Shown here one piece after another: positions 1-9,495 of a stretch of 64,000 bases of DNA. The translations under genes and the position numbers were made by a program. Under the pieces are notes generated by a model. The model was not told the origin of the DNA and searched no databases. It saw only the letters and a list, made by a program, of their open reading frames with translations. The stretch's first letter is position 1, and each line of letters begins with the position of its first letter. Source of the DNA: Nitrosopumilus sp. (lineage in GTDB: Archaea; Thermoproteota; Nitrososphaeria; Nitrososphaerales; Nitrosopumilaceae); assembly GCA_965218695.1 (NCBI GenBank), contig OZ244651.1:384001-448000 (forward strand), written 5' to 3'.

Positions 1-154
1 CCTCTGCCTCCTCCTTCAGCTGCTCGATGTCTTTTCTCAGTGCCATGCTCTCCTCGTCCTTGGATTTGAGCATGTCCAAGACGGATTCGAAGAGGGACTT
101 GGTGTCGGTTACGGAGTTCCAGTCAATCTTTTCCAAGTCGATTACAGGCACCAC
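1..154 (-). CDS. Partial CDS (N-terminal coiled coil) running off the window start, possibly an IS66-like transposase
   Basis: Minus-strand frame from GTG reads MVPVIDLEKIDWNSVTDTKSLFESVLDMLKSKDEESMALRKDIEQLKEEAE. Upstream 301-320 (rc TACGTTTTTGACCATAAATA) resembles the terminal IR of the IS66-like element at 39923. Confidence 0.45.
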   Translation of the reverse strand, partial: MVPVIDLEKIDWNSVTDTKSLFESVLDMLKSKDEESMALRKDIEQLKEEAE

Positions 155-424
155 GCCATAACACGGGAAGGCATGATCCATAAAGCTTTTGGGCACGCAG
201 CGCCTGCCGGAAAATGCGGCGCAAAAGATCCAACCGGAAGAGCCTTGATCCGAAAACCGCCCTGCCTGAGGACCGTGTTGATAACGTGCAATTAATCGGG
301 TATTTATGGTCAAAAACGTAGCTCAGTTGGTAATTAATCGGAACAGATCAGGCACGGAATCGCTTCGCAAAGGCGACCTCTTACGTGGAAAAGCATTTTT
401 AAATTACATTTACTGTCGTGCTTT

Positions 425-1081
425 GTGAACAAGAAGATCATCATCATAGCAGCTGTCGCAGTGGCCATAGCCATAGCGGCAGCCTCGTTCCAGTCATCAC
501 CGTCTGCTAATCCCGATCTGGTGGATCGGACCCATGGGACAGTCTCCACTACCCTGGGATCTCCGATTCTGGGAGACCCGTCTGCCCCTATTACAATTAT
601 TGAATTTGGCGACTACCAGTGCCACTTCTGCCAGAAATGGTTCCATGAAACAAGGCCGGCAATAAGCAGCCAATATATCGATGCCGGAAAGGCAAACCTC
701 GTCTTTGTTGATATGGCATTTCTGGGGCGTGACTCTCCAAAGGCAGCCCAGGCCTCATACTGTGCCGAGGATCAGGGGATGTACTGGGAGTACCATGATA
801 TCCTATACACCTATCAGGAGTCCGAAATTGACGGGGGCTGGGCAAACTCAGAAAGACTAAAGGCGTTTGCCTTTTCCCTGGGCATGGACCTGGATCAGTT
901 TACAGAGTGTCTTGATTCTGGCAAGCATGCCCAGCGCGTCCAGTACAATACAAACCAGGCAAGGGCAAGCGGAATAACATCGACGCCGGGATTCGTTATT
1001 GTGGGCCCCGACCAGCAAATACGGATAAGCGGGGCCCATCCGTTCTCTACATTCCAGCAAACATTGGATTCCATGATCTAA
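425..1081 (+). CDS. DsbA/thioredoxin-fold disulfide oxidoreductase with N-terminal signal/anchor
   Basis: EFGDYQCHFC (CxxC), GITSTPGF cis-Pro motif, hydrophobic N-terminus. Confidence 0.9.
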   Translation: MNKKIIIIAAVAVAIAIAAASFQSSPSANPDLVDRTHGTVSTTLGSPILGDPSAPITIIEFGDYQCHFCQKWFHETRPAISSQYIDAGKANLVFVDMAFLGRDSPKAAQASYCAEDQGMYWEYHDILYTYQESEIDGGWANSERLKAFAFSLGMDLDQFTECLDSGKHAQRVQYNTNQARASGITSTPGFVIVGPDQQIRISGAHPFSTFQQTLDSMI

Positions 1082-1570
1082 ATGGCGCAGGCAGTACGAA
1101 TTGTATTCTCAAACATCCGGTTTGCGGCTCTGGCAGCTACCATTTTTACCCTCATGGCAACAGGGCTGCTGATACTGTCCGAATACATCTTTTTGGAGCC
1201 GTATGTGGTAGCCCACCTGCCGCCAGGAGGCGAACTTGGGTTTGCCCTGATCCTGATCCTTTCTGCACTATCTGCTCTGGTCATCCCCATGAACATCTTT
1301 AGAATAACTGCCCTGAACAACTCGAAACAGAAGATAAGCGGTGGCGCCTTTGGCTCTATAATCGGTGCTGCCGCCGGCGCATGCAGCTGCGGACCAGTGG
1401 GATTTGCCGTCATCTCTACGTTTGGATCCGTTGGTGCCACTGCCACTGCATTTCTTACAAACTACGAGATCCCGATCCGGATTGTGGCCATCCTGGTACT
1501 GGCCGTTACATACGTCACCACGGTAAAATCGCTCAGAACCGAATGCAGGCTTGACTATAGTGAAAAGTGA
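1082..1570 (+). CDS. Multi-pass membrane protein (GACSCG motif) translationally adjacent to DsbA; last 4 codons supplied by IS630
   Basis: Several hydrophobic segments. The C-terminal YSEK* is read from the IS630 left end. Confidence 0.75.
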   Translation: MAQAVRIVFSNIRFAALAATIFTLMATGLLILSEYIFLEPYVVAHLPPGGELGFALILILSALSALVIPMNIFRITALNNSKQKISGGAFGSIIGAAAGACSCGPVGFAVISTFGSVGATATAFLTNYEIPIRIVAILVLAVTYVTTVKSLRTECRLDYSEK

Positions 1571-2659
1571 AAGTTCGTTCCAAGTTCAGCACCTCAGACC
1601 GAAAACTATGTAGATCAGCCGGTCGCCTAACGCGGCATGATCAAAGTAACACGGGAAGAACTCGAAGTAGCATACAAAAAAGAAAAGGACCTCAGGGTGG
1701 GAGCCAGAATGCTTGCAGTACACATGGTACATTTTCGTAAAATGAGCATAGATGATGCGGCCGTCAATCTTCTGCGATGTCCCAGGTGGGTACGCAACTG
1801 GCTGGAACGCTTCGAGAATGGAGGTCTACAAGGCCTCCGGGATCTTCCCAGATCCGGCAGGCCGCCCAAGATTTCACCTGAAGCAATGGACGGCATACTG
1901 GACAAGGTAGACCGGTTCAAGACCACTCCTGCCGAACTGCAACAGGTCATACACAGGGAGACGGGAACAAAGATGCACAGGACGAACATCAGGAAAATCA
2001 TGCAAAAATACGGTCTGTCCCCCAAGGGGTCGCAAAGGATCCACATCAACAGGGCCACCAAGGCAGCCGTAAAAAGCTGGCAATATCGCCTCAAAAAGAG
2101 AATTTCACGCCTAGAAAAAGACGGTTTTGTCCTGGCCGTGCAAGACGAGGCGTTCTTCATACACGACGTAAAATCTGGCCGCAAGTATTGGTCCCCCGTG
2201 GGGGTGCCAATAACCGTGCCATACACTGGAAGCCACAAAAGAATTACCGCGTACGGTTCAATTACAATGGATGGCAGGCAGTTCTTCAGGACTGCCAGCG
2301 GGTTTAACGCGCCCACTTTTGTTGCTTATCTCAAGGCCATGCAGAGGCATTTTGGGAAGGTTGCCGTCCTGGTGGACAGGGCGTCCCCGCACCGCGCAAA
2401 AGCCGTCCGGACGCTGCTGCGCGAGAACAAGAACATCAGGATCATATACCTGCCAAAAGGCTCACCGTATCTCAACGCCGTGGAAGAATGCTGGCACCAG
2501 GGAAAACGGAACCTGCTTGTTTCAGAATACTACAAAACCTTCTTGGACATGCACAGTGCCGTCTCCCAGTACTATCGAACTGCGAGATTCAATCTGGATT
2601 TGATCAAATTCTTTAACAGAAAAGCCGAATTATTTTGCAAGAACTTTTGATCGCCACTA
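1558..2659 (+). mobile_element. IS630-family insertion sequence (type A)
   Basis: Imperfect TIRs TAGTGAAAAGTGAAAGTTC / GAACTTTTGATCGCCACTA. TA duplicated at 1556-1557 and 2660-2661. Empty site GAC-TA-GTC (CTAG target). Confidence 0.9.
1637..2650 (+). CDS. IS630-family transposase
   Basis: HTH followed by RSGRPPK; DDE motifs QDEA, LVDRASPH, SPYLNAVEECW. Confidence 0.95.
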   Translation: MIKVTREELEVAYKKEKDLRVGARMLAVHMVHFRKMSIDDAAVNLLRCPRWVRNWLERFENGGLQGLRDLPRSGRPPKISPEAMDGILDKVDRFKTTPAELQQVIHRETGTKMHRTNIRKIMQKYGLSPKGSQRIHINRATKAAVKSWQYRLKKRISRLEKDGFVLAVQDEAFFIHDVKSGRKYWSPVGVPITVPYTGSHKRITAYGSITMDGRQFFRTASGFNAPTFVAYLKAMQRHFGKVAVLVDRASPHRAKAVRTLLRENKNIRIIYLPKGSPYLNAVEECWHQGKRNLLVSEYYKTFLDMHSAVSQYYRTARFNLDLIKFFNRKAELFCKNF

Positions 2660-2800
2660 TAGTCTGTGCTGCCAATGTCCGTTCCGTCTGCCCTGAGACT
2701 CCCCGGTGCCTGATTTCAGGACTACCCCTGCCTAACTCTGTCCGGCATCCCGGACACGCAAAACTTGATCTATTTATTTGACTCATTTAGGCTTAACGTA

Positions 2801-3721
2801 GTGCAAAACTGGAACCTGATTATAGGAATCGTGATCATCGCTAGCCCCATACTCTTTGCAATGATCGTCTTTCCGGATTCGATAGCATGGAGCTGGAACG
2901 AGGGCAGGGGCGGCTATTTCTTTGCACTCGTATTTGTTGTGGCCGAGATGATCGGGCTAAAGACTGTCATATCCAAAAGACGGCTGCATGTGGTAATTCC
3001 GATGGCGGTCCTAGTCATCGTATATCTGATCTCCCTGGAGCATGGCCTGCGAGACTACATCGTAGAGGCCGCAGATCATTTCGACGTGCAGCTGATCTAC
3101 TCATGGACATGGATGTGGGACTTTGTGGTGATGGCCATATTTTTCGTTGCAGCACTGACTGTCTTCTTTGGACGGCGGTGGATCAGGATTGCCCCGGCAG
3201 GACCGATATTTCTTACCGGAACTGCAGTAATACTCTCCCTTGACGCATTCTTCCCCTACGACACGCTGGGCCCATTGCAGTATATTGTTCCCTACTTTGT
3301 TCAGGCAAACGTCTGGGTGATCACCGTGCTTGATCTTGGCACTGCAATAGCCAGAGACAACGTCATGTTTCTGCGCGGTGACCATGGCTCCATGGCACTC
3401 CAAGTGTTCTGGCCATCTGCAGGCGTTCACAGCATAATCATCTTCTCCCTGGTAATAGGGGCATTCATGCTCAAGATGAACATTGCCAGGCCCAGAAAGA
3501 TCGTCTATTTCATACTGGGAATAGTCGGCACCGTTGTTGTCAACCTGATTAGGATATTTTCCCTCTCCTGGTACGCCCTGAAGGTCACCACGGATCCTGT
3601 TGCCTGGGAGGAGTATCACAAGATTGCAGGCGAGATCATGTTCCTGCCGTGGCTCTTTGCGTTCATACTGGTTGTAATCCTGATAGAGTCCAGGCGTCTC
3701 AAGAAGCTGGAAAAGGTCTGA
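2801..3721 (+). CDS. Thaumarchaeosortase (archaeosortase/exosortase family)
   Basis: Multi-TM protein with WPSAGVHS (Ser at the catalytic Cys position, typical of this subfamily), NLIRI Arg and YHKIAGE His. GTG 2801 is preferred over TTG 2765 as start. Confidence 0.85.
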   Translation: MQNWNLIIGIVIIASPILFAMIVFPDSIAWSWNEGRGGYFFALVFVVAEMIGLKTVISKRRLHVVIPMAVLVIVYLISLEHGLRDYIVEAADHFDVQLIYSWTWMWDFVVMAIFFVAALTVFFGRRWIRIAPAGPIFLTGTAVILSLDAFFPYDTLGPLQYIVPYFVQANVWVITVLDLGTAIARDNVMFLRGDHGSMALQVFWPSAGVHSIIIFSLVIGAFMLKMNIARPRKIVYFILGIVGTVVVNLIRIFSLSWYALKVTTDPVAWEEYHKIAGEIMFLPWLFAFILVVILIESRRLKKLEKV

Positions 3722-3728
3722 AAATACG

Positions 3729-4826
3729 CTAAAAATAATCTGTAATGCCCATCTGGCCCTGCATCTCTGAGAGCTCTGCGACCCTGATGCCAAGCCTCCT
3801 GACATCCAATGTCTGCCCCTCGAGTGCATCTGCCAGCAGCCTTTCTGCATTCCTTTGAAGCTCAGCCAGACTTGACGTCGGATTCTTTAGCATTCTTGAC
3901 TTTGTTCTGCCTGACAGATCCGAATGGATGAACTGAATTCCCACCGACTTGAACATCCTGTTGTTTCCTATGGCCACCTTGTGTACCCCACTGCATAGTT
4001 CAATCAGGTTTTCCAGGAGAAACCTGTAGTCTCTGGAATCCTTGCTCAGTGTTGCAATCTTGCTGTACTGTACGCTTGCCTCCCTCTCCCTGACCGGCGC
4101 ATCGTCGATGCCTCTGGCTGCATTGAATATGTATGCCCCGTGCTTCCTGCCAAACTCCTTGTTCAGGGTAAAGATGTCCAGTTTTTTTAAATCCTGCACC
4201 CCCTCCAGTCCCATTTCACGGAGTCTCTCCTCCGTCTTTTTTCCAATTCCCGGGATCGTCCTGATCTTTAGAGGCTCCAAAAACCCGTGCAGTCCGTCCG
4301 GCTGAACCACCGTCATGCCGTCCGGCTTTTGAAAGTCTGATGCAATCTTTGAGACCATTTTGTTAGGCGAGATTCCGATAGAACAGCTGATTCCTGTCCT
4401 GTGCCTGACTGCATTTTTGATCTGCTGGGCAAGGTGGGCGGCCCTCTTAAAATCGGACTCAACCCTGTCTGTCACATCCAGGTATGCCTCGTCCCTTCCC
4501 ACATACTCAAAGACATCCGCATAGCCCCTCATGACATCCATTGCATTTTCGGAGACCTCAGAGTAATACCCAAAATCCACCGGCAGGAACACTGCGTCCT
4601 CCCTATCCCTGAGCCGCCTTTTTGCAAATACTATTGGCATCCCTGATCTTGCCCCGTACTTCCTTGCCGTATAATTGGCAGTTGCAATGGCGCCACTGTC
4701 CCCGCCCCTGCCTGAAAACACACAGACGCAGACAGGTTTTGACTTGAGTTCCGGCGTCCTGATCTCTTCACACTGAGCATAGAAATAATCAAAATCTATG
4801 TGACAGATTATCCTTCCTTCTGACAT
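3729..4826 (-). CDS. dinB: Y-family DNA polymerase IV (DinB/Dbh)
   Basis: HIDFDYFYAQCEE, ATANYTARKYG, GRDEAYLD, KIASDFQKPDG, IPGIGKKT. Confidence 0.95.
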   Translation of the reverse strand: MSEGRIICHIDFDYFYAQCEEIRTPELKSKPVCVCVFSGRGGDSGAIATANYTARKYGARSGMPIVFAKRRLRDREDAVFLPVDFGYYSEVSENAMDVMRGYADVFEYVGRDEAYLDVTDRVESDFKRAAHLAQQIKNAVRHRTGISCSIGISPNKMVSKIASDFQKPDGMTVVQPDGLHGFLEPLKIRTIPGIGKKTEERLREMGLEGVQDLKKLDIFTLNKEFGRKHGAYIFNAARGIDDAPVREREASVQYSKIATLSKDSRDYRFLLENLIELCSGVHKVAIGNNRMFKSVGIQFIHSDLSGRTKSRMLKNPTSSLAELQRNAERLLADALEGQTLDVRRLGIRVAELSEMQGQMGITDYF

Positions 4827-4901
4827 ACCCCAACTACCCTGGATTGTCACCATCTATCAATTTTGGGTTTCATCTAAATACCCGAGATTCCAATCTTCAT
4901 C

Positions 4902-5144
4902 ATGGAATATCCGATATCTGTCAACGAAAACGGCCTGAACCTCAAGCCTGAAAAAATGGAACGAGAGAAGCTTTATCACTGCATATTCAAGGACAAGGTA
5001 ATGCTTGTCTTCAAAGATTCTCAAGATGTTCTAAACTGCTATGAAGTAGAGGAAGCCGGACTAGTTGACCGGATCCGGAAATGCAATACCACTGACGAGT
5101 TAGAAAAAATATTTGATGAATATCTTAAACATCAGCAAGAATAA
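4902..5144 (+). CDS. Small hypothetical protein (thaumarchaeal type)
   Basis: Clean ATG ORF of 80 aa in intergenic space with normal composition. Confidence 0.7.
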   Translation: MEYPISVNENGLNLKPEKMEREKLYHCIFKDKVMLVFKDSQDVLNCYEVEEAGLVDRIRKCNTTDELEKIFDEYLKHQQE

Positions 5145-5183
5145 TTATATACAAGCAATGTGGGTATCTAATTATAGTGATGT

Positions 5184-6872
5184 ATGGACTTGAGTGACTC
5201 CAATAATTCCAAAGACGCAGAAGAAATTTTATCGGAATTTGATTCCCGAGATTCAATCCCAGAATCAACTACTGAAAAAAAGACAGAACCAACACCGGCC
5301 CCAACAGCCGAACCCGCTCCAGAACCAACAGCCGAACCCGCTCCAGAACCAACAGCCGAACCCGCTCCAGAACCAACAGCCGAACCCGCTCCAGAACCAA
5401 CAGCCGAACCCGCTCCAGAACCAACAGCCGAACCCGCTCCAGAACCAACAGCCGAACCCGCTCCAGAACCAACAGCCGAACCCGCTCCAGAACCAACAGC
5501 CGAACCCGCTCCAGAACCAACAGCCGAACCCGCTCCAGAACCAACAGCCGAACCCGCTCCAGAACCAACAGCCGAACCCGCTCCAGAACCAACAGCCGAA
5601 CCCGCTCCAGAACCAACAGCCGAACCCGCTCCAGAACCAACACCGGCAGTAGCAGCTGAGTCAACTCCCGAACCAGCCGCCGAACCCGCTCCAGAACCAA
5701 CACCGGCAGTAGCAGCTGAGTCAACTCCCGAACCAGCCGCCGAACCCGCTCCAGAACCAACACCGGCAGTAGCAGCTGAGTCAACTCCCGAACCAGCCGC
5801 CGAACCCGCTCCAGAACCAACACCGGCAGTAGCAGCTGAGTCAACTCCCGAACCAGCCGCCGAACCCGCTCCAGAACCAACACCGGCAGTAGCAGCTGAG
5901 TCAACTCCCGAACCAGCCGCCGAACCCGCTCCAGAACCAACACCGGCAGTAGCAGCTGAGTCAACTCCCGAACCAGCCGCCGAACCCGCTCCAGAACCAA
6001 CACCGGCCCCAACAGCCGAACCCGCTCCAGAACCAACACCGGCAGTAGCAGCTGAGTCAACTCCCGAACCAGCCGCCGAACCCGCTCCAGAACCAACACC
6101 GGCAGTAGCAGCTGAGTCAACTCCCGAACCAGCCGCCGAACCCGCTCCAGAACCAACACCGGCCCCAACAGCCGAACCCGCTCCAGAACCAACACCGGCA
6201 GTAGCAGCTGAGTCAACTCCCGAACCAGCCGCCGAACCCGCTCCAGAACCAACACCGGCCCCAACAGCCGAACCCGCTCCAGAACCAACACCGGCAGTAG
6301 CAGCTGAGTCAACTCCCGAACCAGCCGCCGAACCCGCTCCAGAACCAACACCGGCAGTAGCAGCTGAGTCAACTCCCGAACCAGCCGCCGAACCCGCTCC
6401 AGAACCAACACCGGCCCCAACAGCCGAACCCGCTCCAGAACCAACACCGGCAGTAGCAGCTGAGTCAACTCCCGAACCAGCCGCCGAACCCGCTCCAGAA
6501 CCAACACCGGCCCCAACAGCCGAGCCAGCAGTTCCGCCCACCGCAGAATCACAATCCGATTCAACTACGAGTGAAACTTCGGATTCATCTAAAACATCTG
6601 AAAGGCGTGATGTGATTTTTGTGGGCGCAAAACCAATAATGACTTATGTGTCTGCAACCTTGACACAACTTTCCACCAGATCTATGGTAACCATCAAGGC
6701 TCGAGGCAAAAAAATTACACATGCAGTTGATGTGTCCCAAATGATCGTCAAGAGAATGAATTCAGTTGGATACATCATCAAAGATGTGCGAATCGCATCC
6801 GACTCTCTTAAATCCCAAGATGGAAAACTGCGTAACGTATCCACCATGGAAATTGACATATCAAAAGGGTAA
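5184..6872 (+). CDS. Alba-domain nucleic-acid-binding protein with very long Pro/Glu/Ala/Thr repeat N-terminus
   Basis: C-terminal IFVGAKPIMTYV...IKARGKKITHAVDV...RNVSTMEI is the Alba fold. Confidence 0.85.
   Translation: MDLSDSNNSKDAEEILSEFDSRDSIPESTTEKKTEPTPAPTAEPAPEPTAEPAPEPTAEPAPEPTAEPAPEPTAEPAPEPTAEPAPEPTAEPAPEPTAEPAPEPTAEPAPEPTAEPAPEPTAEPAPEPTAEPAPEPTAEPAPEPTAEPAPEPTPAVAAESTPEPAAEPAPEPTPAVAAESTPEPAAEPAPEPTPAVAAESTPEPAAEPAPEPTPAVAAESTPEPAAEPAPEPTPAVAAESTPEPAAEPAPEPTPAVAAESTPEPAAEPAPEPTPAPTAEPAPEPTPAVAAESTPEPAAEPAPEPTPAVAAESTPEPAAEPAPEPTPAPTAEPAPEPTPAVAAESTPEPAAEPAPEPTPAPTAEPAPEPTPAVAAESTPEPAAEPAPEPTPAVAAESTPEPAAEPAPEPTPAPTAEPAPEPTPAVAAESTPEPAAEPAPEPTPAPTAEPAVPPTAESQSDSTTSETSDSSKTSERRDVIFVGAKPIMTYVSATLTQLSTRSMVTIKARGKKITHAVDVSQMIVKRMNSVGYIIKDVRIASDSLKSQDGKLRNVSTMEIDISKG
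5286..6523 (+). repeat. Coding tandem repeat array: 14 x 24 bp (5301-5636), 6 x 60 bp (5637-5996), then mixed 36/60-bp units
   Basis: Units such as CCAACAGCCGAACCCGCTCCAGAA appear nucleotide-identical. Confidence 0.95.
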
Positions 6873-6873
6873 A

Positions 6874-7092
6874 TTAAAAAAATTAATTCTAGCAGCAATT
6901 GGAATTTTAACGGTTATAATCATACTTGCACTATCTGAAAATTCGTGTGGATTGCAGCATATCCAAATTTTAAATGATATATCCACATATGAAGAAACAC
7001 TGGATCCCGAGTTTTGTGAGGCCGTGGTAAGCAGGATCGACCTGTTTAACAATCAATGCATGCCAATGTTTGAAACCCTAGACTGTGGTTAA
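6874..7092 (+). CDS. Small membrane-anchored/secreted Cys-containing protein (start uncertain)
   Basis: LKKLILAAIGILTVIIILAL signal-like segment and 4 Cys ending LDCG. No canonical start at the expected place (TTA). Confidence 0.5.
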   Translation, partial: LKKLILAAIGILTVIIILALSENSCGLQHIQILNDISTYEETLDPEFCEAVVSRIDLFNNQCMPMFETLDCG

Positions 7093-7405
7093 TACAGGAC
7101 ATATGTCAAAAACGTTATTCCAAGGAGAGCGGCATATTCTCAAGTAGTTAATTGACAAATTTTCAGATAAAATATGGTAGGAAAGGCTCCGGTGGATTTC
7201 GGTGATCAAGCCATTAGATCATATGAGTAATCGACCACTTTCAACATAACAAAAATACGCCGCAATAGATCCTATGATTAACCCCCCATCACATCGATAA
7301 ATTTAGATCAGGCACGATCGCGTTTCACATCAAATGCCAGACTCACCTGATCAGATCATACGCAAGTTAGAACAGGAAAACAAAAAGCTAAAAAAGATTC
7401 TAAAT

Positions 7406-7498
7406 CAGAAAGACAAAAAGCTGGAGCAGAAAGACAAAAAGCTGGAGCAGAAAGACAAAAAGCTGGAGCAGAAAGACAAAAAGCTGGAGCAGAAAGAC
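7406..7498 (+). repeat. 21-bp tandem repeat x4.4 (QKDKKLE heptad) in the transposase N-terminus
   Basis: CAGAAAGACAAAAAGCTGGAG repeated. Confidence 0.95.
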
Positions 7499-8376
7499 GA
7501 GGAGCTGAGCCTTGAGCGCAGCCTGTGGAAGCGCAGGGACGGCGCGTTGAGCAAGGATGCCGGCAAGAGTGAAATGCTGCACCGGATCGAGGTTTTTGAC
7601 GAAATAATCGGCAGCAAGACCAAGATTTACCGGGCCACGCTAAAAGACAAGGAAAAGTTCCAGTTCATGCTGGCGTATGCCAAGGAATACATGAAGCATT
7701 CTGGCCGGATGCCGCTGTTTCGCGACGACGACTCCAGAAGGTCCGATCCCGGAAACCGGTGCAAGCTGCACCTGAGGCACGCCCTGCTCATGGCGCTGAT
7801 GCACAAAAAGGACAACATCACCCAGGGCGTGCTTGGCGCAGTCTTCGGGATAGACCAGGCCGCCGTGTCGCGGTACCTCAAGGTGATCGACGCGATGCTG
7901 GAAGGGACGCTTCCCACGGCAGACAGCGTGTCAGGGGAGATATCTGCAGCCCCCACCAAGGAAGAGTTCAAGAAGATCGTGCCCGGGCCCGACGGGGGCG
8001 AGATATTCGCAGACGGCACGCACTGCCCCGTGCAGCGCCCGTCCGAAAGGACGGTCAGGCGCATGAAATACTCTGGCAAGAAAAAAAAGTTCACCATCTA
8101 TGTTAACCCTCCCCCGGACTTATCCAGTTTTTGCAACCAGCTTGTCACTTTGGGTATGTTTTTTGCCTTCTTAAGCATTACCTGCAAGCAGAATCCTGCC
8201 CGACCGGCAGAAAATACGGCTTTTTGCCCCGCGGTGTGACACGCATAATCCCTTCCGGGGGGTCTGGGGGGCTGGCCCCCCAGCATTCATGTAGAAACAT
8301 CCCATAGTTCCCATAATTTGTGCACAGCATCCGCTAGACTCGGCATTGCCTACTGGCACCACCACCGGTTCCACAC

Positions 8377-9495
8377 CTACTCGTCCTTCATGACTTGTCT
8401 GATCTTGGAGCGATACAGCTTTTCGTTTCTGTCCTCGTACAGGGTGTCTTCTGTCAGCATGTGCCAGATGATAGTCAGCATCTTGTTTGCCACGTGCGTT
8501 ATGGCGACGTGGTGCTTGTGCCTCTTCATGATGCGCGTGTAGTATTCCTTCACCCTTGCGTCATGGAGCACTGCAGCAAGCGCGCACTGGACCATGATCC
8601 AGTTGACCTTCCTGTTTGAGTCCTTTTTCATCCTGCCGTGGTATGACGTGTCGCCTGACTGGTGAAGCGTCGGGCACATGCCGGCCCAGGACACGAACTT
8701 TTTTGGGTTCCCAAACCGTTTGATGTCGTCGATCTCTGCTGCCAGCAACGCTGCAGAAAATACGTTCATCCCAGTCATGCTCAGCAGCAGCTTCGGGTAG
8801 TGGGTGTCGCGGACGTATCCCTTGATCTCGACTTCGGTCTTTTTTATCTCGTCGTTGCAGTGCCGTATCTGCGATATGCAGCCGTCCAGCACGAACCTGT
8901 CCCGAGAATTCTTCATGTCTGCCTCTTCAAGATACTTTAGGGCCTTTCCCCTCCAGATGTGGCGTCCTCCATCCTTTGGATTTATGTCGCATTTGTCTGT
9001 CAGCGTGTGCACAAAGTTGATCACTTTTGTCCGGTCCTGCACCAGGGTTATCTGGTACCTGAGGATCTGCTTCATTCCCCTGGATTCGGCCGAGCCTATG
9101 TGGCAGCTCGAAATCAAGTCGGCTCGCAGCAGGTGGGCAAGCATCCTTGCGTCTATGGTGTCGTTTTTTATGCTGGCCGACGAGATTGCCTTGATCTTGA
9201 ACGGATTGGCAAGCATCAGCGGGATTCCGGCAGATTCAAATGCATCAGCAGTCTTTATCCAGTGGTTTCCTGTGGATTCGCAGACTGCCCTGCACTGACC
9301 GTATGTGGCCTTTGCGTATGCGGCAAACTCTGATGAATCCCGGGACGTGTTGCTGTACGATGACTCTTCCAGGATTGTCCCTTCATGGCTCATCACGCAC
9401 GTCACGCATTTTCTCTTTCCTATGTCGATTCCAATACTCTTTTCTATTTCTTTCACCTCCTTTTTTTTGTGTGGCAGGCCGGAAGCTGCATCCAT
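8377..9495 (-). CDS. IS110-family DEDD recombinase; true start possibly ATA at 9447
   Basis: IGIDIGK, ESTGNHW, KNDTIDA, LHQSG, ANKMLTIIWHML; SD GGAGGTGA at 9460-9453. Confidence 0.95.
   Translation of the reverse strand: MDAASGLPHKKKEVKEIEKSIGIDIGKRKCVTCVMSHEGTILEESSYSNTSRDSSEFAAYAKATYGQCRAVCESTGNHWIKTADAFESAGIPLMLANPFKIKAISSASIKNDTIDARMLAHLLRADLISSCHIGSAESRGMKQILRYQITLVQDRTKVINFVHTLTDKCDINPKDGGRHIWRGKALKYLEEADMKNSRDRFVLDGCISQIRHCNDEIKKTEVEIKGYVRDTHYPKLLLSMTGMNVFSAALLAAEIDDIKRFGNPKKFVSWAGMCPTLHQSGDTSYHGRMKKDSNRKVNWIMVQCALAAVLHDARVKEYYTRIMKRHKHHVAITHVANKMLTIIWHMLTEDTLYEDRNEKLYRSKIRQVMKDE

Noticed and set aside
3410-3435. Sortase lacking the catalytic Cys (WPSAG) as a novelty or pseudogene
   Set aside because: Ser at this position is a recognised feature of the thaumarchaeosortase subfamily.
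5301-6523. Possible CRISPR array
   Set aside because: Units are contiguous with no unique spacers, lengths are multiples of 3 in a coding frame, and no cas genes are present.
5168-6564. Long antisense and alternative-frame ORFs (457, 431, 152 aa) over the Alba repeat
   Set aside because: They are shadows of a stop-free tandem repeat. Only the plus frame leads into a recognisable domain.
8097-8376. Downstream NCR as the guide-RNA locus (canonical IS1111 position)
   Set aside because: I found no convincing paired target/donor matches there, whereas the upstream region has all four.
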